A DNA stretch of 63,978 bases, the filler included, from Ionaspis alba (taxonomy: Eukaryota): the NCBI GenBank assembly GCA_964255285.1. It is 19 parts of 19 records of this genome, joined end to end, with 100 filler letters (N's around TTAATTAATTAA, not from the genome) between each part and the next. Parts side by side here need not be neighbours in the genome. Positions count along the whole stretch, not along the records: positions 10,549 to 13,919 come from CAXUUL010001210.1; positions 14,020 to 17,369 come from CAXUUL010001211.1; positions 17,470 to 20,812 come from CAXUUL010001212.1; positions 20,913 to 24,222 come from CAXUUL010001213.1; 15 more parts are not named here. One strand, given 5' to 3'. Position 1 is the stretch's first letter; each line of letters starts with the position of its first letter. The notes beneath the pieces were generated by a model. That model was not told the origin of the DNA. It was given only the letters and a program-made list of their open reading frames with translations, and searched no databases. Below are positions 12,562-24,322 of the stretch, piece after piece. The translations under genes were made by a program, and so were the position numbers.

Positions 12562-13417
12562 CTAGAAGCCCTGCACTGACAACGGACCCAATGTCTTGCC
12601 TTTGTATAGACCTTGCGCCTTCAAGATCTTAATAGCATTATAGAGCGCGATTTCGTGGAATTGGACAAAGTCTGCAGCACGGGTTAAAATCATAGCCACA
12701 ACGCGTAGCCCCTCGAATCCATTTCTGAATGTATACTTACCTATTGGATGTCCAGTCTCGCATGCGTAAAGAGACCACCTGAGGGCCGCCTGGGCGGGCA
12801 AGATGTACTCTGCCTGGAATGTGACCCAGTATCCGCCGAAAGAGCCATAGCCGGAAATGTATTGTACAGGAGAAAGCTGTTCGTATTTGATTTGATAGGA
12901 GCCATCTCCACGGACTAAGTATTGGGTTAACTGTTCGCCGGGTAGGCGTTAGCGATAGGGTTTCAGGAATTCGAGGATGGCACAAGGAAACTGTCGGGAA
13001 GCTCTGAATGCCAGAGGAAAGGACGAAACTTACCACTTCCGTGATGTTGTATGTGCCTACTTTTGTAGGGACACGGAAGGTCCTTTGTGAGCCGGGCGTG
13101 TTATCTGGACCCACGGTTGCAATAGGCAGAAGGCCCGTCCAGGAAGTGTTGTAAACTGTGGTAGAGCATGTCAGCTTGTGTTTTGAAGTGTCCTCGTAGC
13201 GAAGCAAGAGGACTTGTGCAGCTGGCTCACAGTCGGCGATGAGATTCTTGACATCGGGAGCTCCAGCTCCTAGGATTACGAATGTCGCCGATTCTGCATA
13301 TTCGGTACCAGCTGGGCAGCTGCAGGGTAGTGTCGAGTTGGTAGAGCACTGTTCCAGAGCTTGTCCTACTACTCCTGAAGCAAGGAGAGCGAGGGCGGTG
13401 AGAGGTTGGAGCTTCAT
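12562..13417 (-). CDS. Small secreted Cys-containing protein, 4 exons; possible Bet v1/SRPBCC-like fold
   Basis: Signal peptide MKLQPLTALALLASGVVG; three GT-AG introns join the frames to ...GPLSVQGF*. The fold is inferred only from the GPDNTPGSQRTF...ITEVL pattern. Confidence 0.75.
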
Positions 13418-14019
13418 TTAACAAGTAAATTGTGGATCCTGAGGTTTGCCATCAAGAAGAAACCCGTGTTAACGGCCTATTTAGATGTTTTTGAAATCGC
13501 TTCAGCCTCTGTATGGTTTCGTCACCTGCTCACATTGCCTTGGGCGGTCATATGGGAGCTGCCAAATGTGATATCAGACTGGATGATTGGCCAACGAAAC
13601 ACGGGAGTCATAGACCGAGCTCGATTGCCTGCTCTTCTGCGAGATTGACCGCCGCAACCCAAGAATACAAGGGACAAAGTTCAGGCAGCTCGATCCTTCC
13701 CATCTTGGATCTAAGCCCCTACCGTAGACAACAAGTTTAGCTCAGGGCACTGCCCGAGGAAGGATTGCAAGTCAACAAGATTAATGTCCAATATATTTTT
13801 GATTATGTGATATTACATGTTGGATGACAGGAGAAAAGCTCAGGGCGTGTTTTGGAAAACCAGATAGAACATAGAGAATATCAAAGAGGTAAACACTCAA
13901 ACAAGAATGCGATCTCTATNNNNNNNNNNNNNNNNNNNNNNNNNNNNNNNNNNNNNNNNNNNNTTAATTAATTAANNNNNNNNNNNNNNNNNNNNNNNNN
14001 NNNNNNNNNNNNNNNNNNN

Positions 14020-14402
14020 GTACTTTCCAACTTCTTTTTCTCCGCAGCTTTGGCAGCTTCCTGCCCTTGGCTTGCCAGCCCTTCCAGATAAGCATCCTTC
14101 TGCTCCTGCGAGATGGATTGCATTCCCTCCTGATGCCACCTGTGGTCATCAACAATGTAAGCAATTCCTTTGTCGGAGAGCAACTTTGCCTCCTCGGGCA
14201 TGAGTTCGAGGGGTAGTCCAAGGAAGACATTTTGCTGTGGGATTTGAGGTAGTGTCCCAATGAGGACACCGAGGATGTGGTGAGTTTTACGCAGCCAGGT
14301 GATCACGTTGATATCGTATAACAGATAACGCTCAACACGTGAAGAAATGCGAGAGATAGGAAAAGGGAGAAGTGGTTCAGAAGGCTCAACCCCAGCGGCC
14401 AT
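14020..14402 (-). CDS. SEN34: tRNA-splicing endonuclease subunit Sen34, N-terminal part (3'-truncated)
   Basis: LRKTHHILGVLIGTLPQIPQQNVFLGLPLELMPEEA is the characteristic Sen34 N-terminal motif. Confidence 0.9.
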
Positions 14403-14789
14403 GATGCAGATCCAGGCCCCCGATCCCAGGACATCAATCTATGTAACCCCACACGTTCTGTAGTCATTGTCAGCTATGCCGCACTCAAGGACCGCATTCG
14501 TAATCAATCTGGGATAATCGGATGTATCATAAAACTCTTGAATATAAAATTTCATCAAGGGCCTGTAGGCTCAGTGGATTGACAGATTATTATATTGTTC
14601 TTAATCATATGAGGTATAAAATAATAAAATCAGCCGTACATACCTATGTAACAACATGCGTGGTCAAAATCTGGACTCCTGCTCGCCACAATCCGTCGAG
14701 CTAGTTTTCTGGTCGAGTCCTGCTGATGATTAAGGTTGCTAGGAAATTTTTGCGGGTCAAACCCCCACGTTCAGAACAGCACTAACGCC

Positions 14790-15091
14790 ATGGGTATTTG
14801 GTGGCTACTTACACTTCTTGTGTTCGTCCCATTTGCTCTCTTTCTTGGTAAATGTGTACAGCGAAGTACTTCACCTGCATGGCTTATATGTTTCCAGCAT
14901 ATCTTCTGGTATCTTCATGCCTAGGCGACAATTTTAGAGCACGCGTCTCCGACTTCTCTATCATTCCTTCGAACGGCGTCTACGATAGCAACTACCTTCG
15001 AACGATGGCAAATAGTGGCTCAGCGTTATCTGAGCAGATAGAGCTGCATGAGATGCTGGACAAGCCGCGTGATGAGGACTACGAGCCATAG
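14790..15091 (+). CDS. Putative 83-aa single-pass membrane microprotein; exons 14790-14847 and 14898-15091
   Basis: Removing a 50-nt GTAAAT...TTTCCAG intron gives MGIWWLLTLLVFVPFALFLAYLLVSSCLGDNF...EQIELHEMLDKPRDEDYEP*. Confidence 0.55.
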
Positions 15092-15164
15092 ATATTGTCA
15101 ATTACAGTTTTCCGTCCACATACGCCGAACCGATGCATCAAAATGGCGTGGAGCATGATTGAAT

Positions 15165-16519
15165 TCAAAAGTCGATGTCAACTTTTGTCGCTTTCCCACC
15201 CTCTACCTCGCCCTTCTGCGCCTCTGCATCTCCCTCGACAGGGGGCAAGCTAAAAGGCTTTATCACAAACCTTCGACGACTAACCGTAAACGCCAAATCG
15301 TCTCCGACCCCAGCACCTCCAACTCCACCACCGCCCCTTTCGTGGAATACTGGCAGGCAGTGGATTTTTATCATCCCTTGTGGCTTTTCCTCCTGTGCCG
15401 TTGCTGCACCCGACCTTGTGAGCGACGGTCCTGTGTCAATCGTGTGAGGAAAGGAAGCGAGCTCTATGACACCATCGGATAGAAGCTCCATCCAGCGGAC
15501 TAAACCTGTGCTGCGTGGGTAGAGTGTCAACGGGAGTGATATCATGGCTGTGAGCTGGCTGGGATGTTCGCGGAGGAGCGAACGTAAGGAGTGTAGGAAT
15601 TGGAGGATGTGCTCAGGAGAACTAGCACCGGGAGGATAGAAAGCTGGTGAGAGCAGAGACGGGATGACAAGTCGATGGATTGTGGTTGGACTTGAAGAGG
15701 AAAGCTGTTGGAAGAGAGCTTGAATGACTGATGTGAATGGTGAAGCCTGTGGGCTGGCGGGGCGAAGCGGTACGAAGTTGATCGCTGTAGGAGAAGGAAG
15801 GGTGAGACGTTTTGTCAGATCGAAGGTATGACAGAACGGTCTGGGCGTGCTCTGTTGTTGCCCCGCTGGAAGTGGCACAGGCGGTCCACGATCTGCTGTT
15901 TGGGAGGCTGCAGCTGTTAGTATGGGAAAGCAACGGTATGGTCTCGTGGAGAGAAATGATATATTGTTCTATGTACAAGCTGTGCGAAAAACCAAGATGG
16001 AGAGATCCCACCTCTTGAACCTTCTCTCCCTGCACCAAATTCCCCCAATCGCTCATATCGCCAAGCAATCTTCATTTTCTCCTTATCACCACTGCTCTTC
16101 GTCTCCCCCTCTTCGGTGCCATTTGCTGACCCAACTATACCGGGCAGTTCTCTTCCCCAATGCTCTCCTACACCCACAACATGGACCCTATGGCCTTGAG
16201 CCACCCCTTCAGCGGCGTAATATCTCAATAGCGTGCCCGCATAGTCCGTAGTCCCAGTCTCTTCGAGTAATATTGAGTTGCCAAGTGCCAGGCCAGCATG
16301 ACCGGCGAGAAGGCTGTCTAACGATGGAGTGCCGGTGGATGTGGTAGCTCGGCCATCAAGAGGTGAGGGACGCACTCCAGGAATTTGAGCAGGAGTTATA
16401 CTAGAGGGAATGGCTGATCTGCGAGGGAGATCTACCGAAACTGAAGGATCCCTAGGAGCGGAAAGCGGGGGTCGACCAGAAGGTCCAGATAAGCCTATAT
16501 TACGCTTCCGAAATGACAT
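15165..16519 (-). CDS. ELP4: Elongator complex subunit Elp4 (PAXNEB), 2 exons
   Basis: MSFRKRN, GVRPSPLDGR, STGTPSLDSLLAGHAGL, MKIAWRYERL, FCHTFDLTKRL, and C-terminal DLAFTVSRRRFVIKPFSLPP...IDF. Confidence 0.95.
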
Positions 16520-16860
16520 TGTTGTCGAAACAAGAATGTATTGAAAGGTAGAGACACATAACTACAGCACGAGACGCATGGCAACAGATCGCTGCCGAAA
16601 AAAACGAATAGCACAATAGTTGGCAGATCAAATCCCCAGGGCCGCTGGGCTTGCTGCAACGGGGGATAAATCAAGGGATCGGCCCCTAACAAACCACTAG
16701 ATACCTCGCTTCAATGCCAAGCTCTTTGTCCGCGTCGAAACATTTTTGTAGCCCTTCAATTAACTCGAAGTTCATAGTAGACAGTACTTCCAATCCCGCA
16801 ATACCGTTACCGTCTACTCAGCAGTAATATCTCACGCAGACCCGATAGCCCTGTGCCAAC

Positions 16861-17355
16861 ATGGCGGACTCCCAACTATTCGAAGACACCTTCTCGCTCA
16901 CCTCCCTCAACGCCCAAAAATATGAGCGAGTCTCCCGTATCTTCGGCACGTCCACGAATAGTGAAATATCTCTAACGCTTGACGTGAACACCGAGCTCTA
17001 TCCCTGCGCTGTTGGCGATCGCATACACCTTGTCTTGGCTTCCACACTATCATTGGATGGGACCAAAGATGACGGCAAGGGATGGAGAGATATGGGGAGA
17101 GGGGAGGCTAGTTTGGCGGACATGTTTGATTATGTGTGCCATGGGAAAATATACAGATTTGAGGAGGGAGGAGATGGGGAGACGATGTGAGTCCTTGACT
17201 TCCAGGTTTGGCAACATGGAACGAAGTGTACTGACTAGAGGCGCAGCAAGGTGTTTGTTTCATTCGGGGGGTTGTTGCTGTATCTTGAAGGCCCATACAA
17301 GAAGCTCACGCCTCTAAGGATAGACTATGTCTATCTTCTGATGAAGAAGTCATGA
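16861..17355 (+). CDS. RPB8: RNA polymerase I/II/III shared subunit Rpb8; intron 17187-17246
   Basis: LFEDTF, KYERVSRI, LDVNTELYP, LADMFDYVCHGKIYRF, and second exon VSFGGLLLYLEG...YVYLLMKKS*. Confidence 0.97.
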
Positions 17356-17469
17356 TACCCAGGTTTTTGNNNNNNNNNNNNNNNNNNNNNNNNNNNNNNN
17401 NNNNNNNNNNNNNTTAATTAATTAANNNNNNNNNNNNNNNNNNNNNNNNNNNNNNNNNNNNNNNNNNNN

Positions 17470-18522
17470 GAGGGGAGGGAGGATTTTGGAGGCAGGCGTG
17501 GGGTTTTGGAGGTCGGAGAGGAGATGTCGTCTTTTGGGGGAGGTCGGGGCGGCCTGAGTGGTTGGGTGGGAGTAGGTTCCTTGAAGGGCTGCGAAGGATG
17601 AGGTGGTGTTTCCGGGCGTGGGAGGTTGTGGGTGCTTTTGCTGGGGACGGTCGGGTAATTGTAGGAGGAGTGCGAGCTTTCGAATGAGGGGCGCGAACTT
17701 CCATTCTGTAGCCCCGGTCTCGAAGAAGCGTCGACCTGTAGGCGAACATCCTGCATTTGTCGGCTTAGAGTGTCCTGATCGATGTCTCTGTCGTCCTTGA
17801 CAAACGCTTCCTCCCAATTGCCCCAGACTCCGGCGGTCCTTCTTTCTTGCTCGACCTCTTCTGATATGCCGGCCTGACGGGTGGCTTTCCGGGCTATGGC
17901 TCTCCTTTTGATTTCTTTTCGAGCCAGTCTCACGGCTAGATCTTTGTTCTCTTCGGCAGCCAAAGTCTCTGTGCTTCCTGCAACCGCGGGGTCGGACAAA
18001 TTGCGTCTGTGTTGATAATCGGGCTCTTGCTTGCTGGGACTAGCCGCCGTCGATGCTGTTCTCGAAGATGCCAGCTTTCTACGAGCATCTCGGTCTTTCG
18101 TCAGCTGCTCGTATCGCTCATATCTCTTGTTAATCCTCGGTCTAAGAACCTCCAATTTCGCCAGTCCATGCTGCACCTCTTTCTCCGCCTGCTGCAAAGC
18201 CAGCCGGTTCTCTGAAAGTCGCACATTTGGATGGACGGAAAGATGTCTCAGCACGAGTTGTGCATGTCGGAACAAGAGGAGATAGGTCTGTTGGTCATTG
18301 CCTTCATGCTCGTAGATTTCTGCCTGTATATTCAATGTTAGAGCCGTATGTGGATGATCTCATAATATTCACCTCTTTCAACAGCGTTCCAGCTGTTCTG
18401 AACCAGTATTTCAGTGGCACGAGAGGATTGTAATCAAAGTTTTGAGCCTTGTCCACGATCTGCTCCACATTCATGGGCCGAGATGGTAGACCGTCGTTCT
18501 TGTCAGAAGACTGTCGAGGCAT
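17470..18522 (-). CDS. AMSH/STAMBP-like deubiquitinase (Sst2 type), N-terminal USP8-dimer/MIT-like domain; 3'-truncated before the JAMM domain
   Basis: FDYNPLVPLKYWFRTAGTLLKE/AEIYEHEGNDQQTYLLLFRHAQLV...LEVLRPRINKRY followed by a Pro-rich linker. Confidence 0.8.
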
Positions 18523-18777
18523 ATTCAAGTAGAGAGTTTTGCTACAATCTTAGACGACGACGACTCTCCAGTTCAACAGTCGTGCACAAGTGCCGCTGGG
18601 CGGCCGAATGTATTTCATCACGAGCTTTACGAGTATTGCTGCCTTGGGAATTCCTCGTTGAATGTTTTGATTCACATGGGCATGGAGTTATTATGCAATT
18701 ATTATGCAATTCTGTGCTTTGCATTAAAATAACTACCCAGTTGTGAAATCCTAAAGGGTCAGCCTACATCTGATAGC

Positions 18778-20585
18778 ATGCGTGTACCTGCTGCTACCTC
18801 TGGAAAGTTCAAGATCCAGGCGTTGAGGAGAATCAATAGGCTGACCCCTGACCATCATACTGCTCGCTCTCATGTTGCCAGTCCGGCACTCTGCGGTTGG
18901 ATTCGCTTCCACCCATATCAGCATGTGACGGCTAACTGCCAGCAGATGATGTTCTACATCGACTTGCGCCCACCTTGAAAGTCTACAAAGGCTGTGATGT
19001 AATCGACATCAATCCTGGGATTGGCCTGTGGTCTAGCAAGATCCATAAATATTTGAGACCACGCAGGCATATCTTGGTTGAGCCCGCTACAGAAACATAT
19101 AAGGAGTTTATCCAACCTCTGCTTAAATCTCAGGAATCGCGTTACGTCCTGGCCGACTGGAAAAATCGGCATGATCCTTGGGATTTGAACCGATTTCTTA
19201 CAGAAGGTCTGTTACCTGAGCGAAAGGGGCTTGGTACCTCGAAAGAGCAGAAGCTCAATCCCAACACATCTTTGCTTATCCTTGCAAATCTGGGCTATAA
19301 CCTCAGATCCTTCAAGTCAGGGCATCGCGATGAGAGTAGCCCTCTGCGTCGATCATTCTTTAGAATTTTAGACTACCTCGAGAGTATTGAAGGCAGCCAT
19401 GGCCTCCACCGCAACGGAAGGGTCAGGATGCTTATGTGGTTGCTTGACCCGGACAAAGGCCAAGTGGTTCCCCGGTGTGTTGCTCATAGAAGAAAGCTGT
19501 CAGTGCGAGGTGAGGATACTTGTCACATCGAGGAGATTGTTGGGAGACCTTTTGATTTAAATGCACAGCGGAGGGAGACAACCATAGACGTCAAAAGTTC
19601 TGAGCTCGTATCAAAGCGCATGCGGGATAATGGTATTGCAGTTCCGTTGTCCAGACTGGACAGCATTGCCAAGCGGACTCAGAGTGGCGAATTAGAGCCA
19701 TGTGAGGACAATGCGAGTGCGAGGGAGGGCAATCTAGAAGCTCCCCGTGACTGGCATGTTGAACTCAAAACATTGGAGGATGCATTTGCAAATCACGAAT
19801 ATTCTCAATTCGTCGGAGGCCCTCCTGGGATCAAGAAAGGAGCTCGGAAGACTCGTTCCTTGGTGTCACACACTCCTCAGTACGAACGTCTCCAGCTCCT
19901 ACAAAGAATAAAACGGAGTCAGAATAATAGAACGGCCGATACAGAAGCTCTCCTCAAGTTACAAGATGAGATCGAGGCAGAACACCTTGCAATATGCCTG
20001 GATAATCGACTTGATAGAGAAGCACGGATGAGAAAGCTTGAAGTGCTCGATCGCCGCATCGAAGACTATCATAGTCTTCTGCGAAACCTCACGCCAGATC
20101 GACTGCGGCAGCTCTATTTACGACACGATGATCGAAAAGCATGGTGCGGCGATTCGTCGTTGCTGATGTGGGACCGTCGATTAGCAGAGCCCATCATTCC
20201 CCGTGATGATGAGATTCTTAATGCACCCATGGCGCTACTCGACTTCCAGCCCAAGCTCTCCGTTTCCAACCTGACGAAGTCTCAACAGAGCTATCGTGAT
20301 GCAATCGTGACGGGGCTCTTCGCAGTGCCACGACTTTCAATTGTCAAAGCTCTCGAGTCCTTAGCTCCAGGAGCTGCCAATGCCGTTGTTCCACTCGCGC
20401 CGTCATTACGAGATCCGACACGAGGCGGTCAAAGAGATCTTACGCAGCTACGGGTACGGGTACTCACACCGGAGATGATAACAGAGGTGGCTGTTGCCTT
20501 CGACAAATGGCTCTTCAAACCAACTGTGCCTGAGCTGTCGAAGAGAGTCCTCTCTGCTAATAGAGCATCTGAGGGAGCGCGTTAA
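18778..20585 (+). CDS. MTF1: Mitochondrial transcription factor Mtf1-like (rRNA adenine dimethylase fold), 2 exons
   Basis: Basic presequence; VASPALC/DDVL; CDVIDINPGIGLWSSKIH; PRRHILVEP; GRVRMLMW; ALESLAPGA...FDKWLFKP. Confidence 0.75.
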
Positions 20586-20912
20586 AGAGTCGATTGAGTC
20601 CATTAAGAAATTGACATAAATAGTGGCGTGCAGTCAACCTATGCCAGAAGACCCTCACTTCGGTGGAATATACACTGGAGGCGGATCTTGTGACCCAGCT
20701 CAGTGGTATCACATATATCATTTCTCAATTCTATTATCAAAAAAGCTGGCGACGAGACCTAAACCCTCCACTAATCCTTCTCCTACGTACTTCCTAGCTG
20801 TCTCCCCACATANNNNNNNNNNNNNNNNNNNNNNNNNNNNNNNNNNNNNNNNNNNNTTAATTAATTAANNNNNNNNNNNNNNNNNNNNNNNNNNNNNNNN
20901 NNNNNNNNNNNN

Positions 20913-21047
20913 CATGAGTTGAGGATTTATGAGGGCATGGTGCATGGGTTTTCGTTGAGGGGGGATTGGAGTAGTGAGGAGGATAAGAAGGCGATGGATG
21001 AGGTGGAGAAACAGGGACGGGATTGGCTTAATAAGTATTTGTCGTGA
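20913..21047 (+). CDS. C-terminal fragment of a dienelactone hydrolase-family protein
   Basis: HELRIYEGMVHGFSLRGD...QGRDWLNKYLS* contains the catalytic His in the HGF motif; not in the ORF track. Confidence 0.75.
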   Translation, partial: HELRIYEGMVHGFSLRGDWSSEEDKKAMDEVEKQGRDWLNKYLS

Positions 21048-21321
21048 GATTGAAGAGGTCAGGAGTGATGACGAGCGGGCGGCTCCTTTGTCGTCACTCG
21101 GTGTATACAAAGGGATGAGAGTGGGAACCGTAGATAAGACGCATCGAACTAGTAGAGATGAATCACAAGGGATGATGTCCTGAACTTTCACTTTCACCTC
21201 AAGAAATGATTGTAACCAAATGAATGTAATCCATGAATTATATCAATAAAGATCTACAAAGTGACCCACCAACAATCGCTAAATGCTTGACAGACTCCCA
21301 ACGCCCTACCCAACACAAAGA

Positions 21322-22434
21322 TCATCTGAGTCCACCGACTCCACCACTCACTCCTCTTGTTCTTGGATCCACAACACCTGGACTCCCAGAGTATCCAAGG
21401 TATGGCTCATCCTTCCTCAGTCCCGCGCTCGCCATCATGTCTGCAAACGTTGTATTCCTCGTCAACCTGCCATCCGGCGGCGAGTATATTTTGATGCTCT
21501 CCATACTCGGCTCCCTCGGTAAGTGCCCCGTTCTGCTCTCAGGTGTCTTCATCAGGTCTCTCATCCCATTGCCTGGCGATTCATGCTTCAGCGTGGGCGA
21601 ACGCGAGAACAGCGAACGGACCCGTGAAGGCGTTGATGTGATGTTGGCTACACCATTTCTGGTGTCCGATCCTCTTCGCAGGAAATCGGTACGTGTGGCA
21701 TCGGTGTCCTGATAGATGGGATCGGAAACCTTGGCGGCGATGTGCCCGAAGTCGGCGCTGTCGCGTTTAGATTCTCGGCGACGACCCCAGCAAGTGAGGA
21801 CAAGAACTGCGATGAGTGCGCCGAAAACCAGGCCAGGGAAAAAGCCTGCTAGTACGGCTACAGCAGGGAATTTGTCGCATTGGCAGTCTGATGGAGAAGA
21901 CTGAGCAGCTGCCGCTCCGGCGCTTGATGTAGTGCTTGCAGAGGCGGTGGAAGAAGAAGTTGAGGTCGCAGAGGGGGTTGAGGTTGTGGAGGAAGTCGAA
22001 GATGGCGAGTTGACGAAACAGTTGCCATTCTGGCAGTTGTAGCCAACAGGGCAGCAAGTATTTGTCCCGCAAGTAGGCAGTCCGGTTGTCAGGTCTGTAC
22101 TGTGTAATGGATTCATAGGGAACTGAGTGGCGTTGAACCTGCTTATGTCGCAGGGAATAGGTTGTATACTGTTGCACGGGCGGCCGAGCGGACAACATAT
22201 CGCAGACGCGCCGTTATTGAACGGAACACATATTGTTTGTGGTCCGCAACAGAAACTCGAAGGTAGACCTTGGTTGCAGGGTGAGTAGCCGGCTGCTCCA
22301 TTGCAGGTGTCAGCTCGAGCTATCAGTCCCATCGCGTGGGCCGCGTCAACTGCTGCAGAGAGAGCCATGGAGGCTGGGACGGAGGACGAGATTAGGCATA
22401 CTGCCGTCAGCTTGAGGAAGGTAGATCGACCCAT
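21322..22434 (-). CDS. Single-pass cell-surface protein with Cys-rich ectodomain, Ser/Thr stalk and cytoplasmic tail (Mid2/Wsc-like architecture)
   Basis: Signal peptide, Cys-rich region with CC motifs, ST-rich run, TM AVAVLAGFFPGLVFGALIAVLVL, and VSDPIY tail motif. Confidence 0.8.
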   Translation of the reverse strand: MGRSTFLKLTAVCLISSSVPASMALSAAVDAAHAMGLIARADTCNGAAGYSPCNQGLPSSFCCGPQTICVPFNNGASAICCPLGRPCNSIQPIPCDISRFNATQFPMNPLHSTDLTTGLPTCGTNTCCPVGYNCQNGNCFVNSPSSTSSTTSTPSATSTSSSTASASTTSSAGAAAAQSSPSDCQCDKFPAVAVLAGFFPGLVFGALIAVLVLTCWGRRRESKRDSADFGHIAAKVSDPIYQDTDATRTDFLRRGSDTRNGVANITSTPSRVRSLFSRSPTLKHESPGNGMRDLMKTPESRTGHLPREPSMESIKIYSPPDGRLTRNTTFADMMASAGLRKDEPYLGYSGSPGVVDPRTRGVSGGVGGLR

Positions 22435-23063
22435 GATAGTAGAGAGGGTGTGAAATGTGGTCAGAGGTGCCAAAGGTTGTGGAAGGTTATCGCTGCTTGC
22501 GGCGACAGATGTTCTGGTGGCGACGATCTACCGAGTGGAAGAACAAAGAAAGTACTCGGAGTCAAAAAGAATCGAGCGTGCGCGATCAACAAAGAGCATC
22601 GACTAAAAAGCATGAATGAAGAGGACAAAGGGATTCAGAGATACTGGAAATAGAACATGGAGATGAGTAGAGCAGAGTCGGTCGGGTTATGTTGACCTTC
22701 TCTGCTTCGACTCGATCCATTCACTACCCACTGTTTGTGTCGCTTCATCGTGGACTGGAATAGCCACAGCGTGCCACGCGCCGAGAGTCATATTATTGGA
22801 TTGTAGAGCGCGACCAGGCATACCTCACAAAGGTATGACTCTTCGCATCGAGAGGCTGTCTTGTGCCGGACGTTGATGAAGTTGGTATGAAACTGACTTG
22901 GATGGGCGGTTGCGTTGTCGGAAGTTGAAGATGGGGTTTCGAGACGGGGAGTTTTAACTCGCTGAAACAAAAGACGCGCTAGTGCATTCGAAAAATAGTC
23001 CCCGATTCTTCAATGGCTTCCCATGCCACTTTTGTAGATGTCCATACATTCGCTTTACCGTTC

Positions 23064-24217
23064 ATGATATTATCAAGGGGTTTACGGCAGCAGCGCGTCC
23101 TGCGTGCCGTGTTCTCCTCGCCTATAATTGTGCGTCACTACCACAATAGACAAAGAACAAATGATCCCAAACAGCCACTGACATTGGATGCATCATAGAC
23201 ATCTACTACCTCGTCACAATGTCCGCAGAGAAGAGAGATTCACTCGGTGCCCAAATTGACACATGGTGACGAATGGGCAAAGACGGGCATCCCTGATCTT
23301 CTTTCGCCAGATGGATACAACGTAGCATGGACTCAATACCAGGGCTATATCGTCCACAAATTGAATGAATACACCGCCGGTTCGTCCTTTACAGCTTCGG
23401 GCCTCACAACTATCAAGTCCACAGTCACTAACTGATCCATTCCCAAGGCACGCCCGATGCCAACGGCACCACCTACAATCTCCTCCTCAAAAATGCCCGT
23501 CAAGCCGACAAAGCCGCCCTTTTCAACCATGCCTCCATGGCCCACAACAACCATCATTTCTTCCATACCTTGGTACACCGCCTTCCCTTTCCCTCTCGCC
23601 AACTCCCAGCTAATGCGCGCCTCCAGGCACCAAAGCAAACCGAAGTCACCCCCCTCCTCCAATCCCACATAACACACTCATTCTCCTCCCTCGAGTCTCT
23701 ACGCACCACCTTCATCGCCACGGCGTCCGCCATGTTCGGCCCGGGCTTTGTCTGGCTTGTGCACCTTCACAACACCTCTCCGCCTTCCGCACCCACTTTT
23801 GCAATCCTTACAACCTATAACGCCGGCTCGCCGTTCCCAGGGGCGCATCACCGATTGCAACCAATCGATATGGCAACCGAAAGTACCGACGTCTATACCG
23901 GTAACACGCCACAGCGATATGTCATGAACGCGTACAACAAGTACAGTAGCAAGGGAGTGGCGGTGACTGGCCTTAGAGGAGGTGCGGGCAGTTTTGGCAT
24001 GCACAGCGCCAATGCGGGCAAGGGTGCACCTGGAGGGCAGGATCTGAATGTTTTGTTGGGGGTGAGTACGTGGGAGCATACTTGGTTGCGGGACTATGGA
24101 CCGGGAGGGAAAAGGAGCTTTTTGGAGGCTTGGTGGGACAGGATTGATTGGGGGGTGGTGGAAGGAATCTTGGGGAATGTGGCGCGGCCGGAAGGGAAAT
24201 ATGGATTAGGAGGTTGA
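23064..24217 (+). CDS. RSM26: Mitochondrial small-subunit ribosomal protein mS42/Rsm26 (Fe/Mn-SOD fold, non-catalytic), 3 exons
   Basis: Mitochondrial presequence; AWTQYQ, LFNHASMAHNNHHFF, AMFGPGFVWLV, LTTYNAGSP, STWEHTWLRDYG, WWDRIDW; canonical SOD metal ligands are partly substituted. Confidence 0.85.
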
Positions 24218-24322
24218 TGGTGNNNNNNNNNNNNNNNNNNNNNNNNNNNNNNNNNNNNNNNNNNNNTTAATTAATTAANNNNNNNNNNNNNNNNNNNNNN
24301 NNNNNNNNNNNNNNNNNNNNNN

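Noticed and set aside
20718..20812. Possible 3' end of a minus-strand gene (..CGETARKYVGEGLVEGLGLVASFFDNRIEK*)
   Set aside because: Too short to support or identify.
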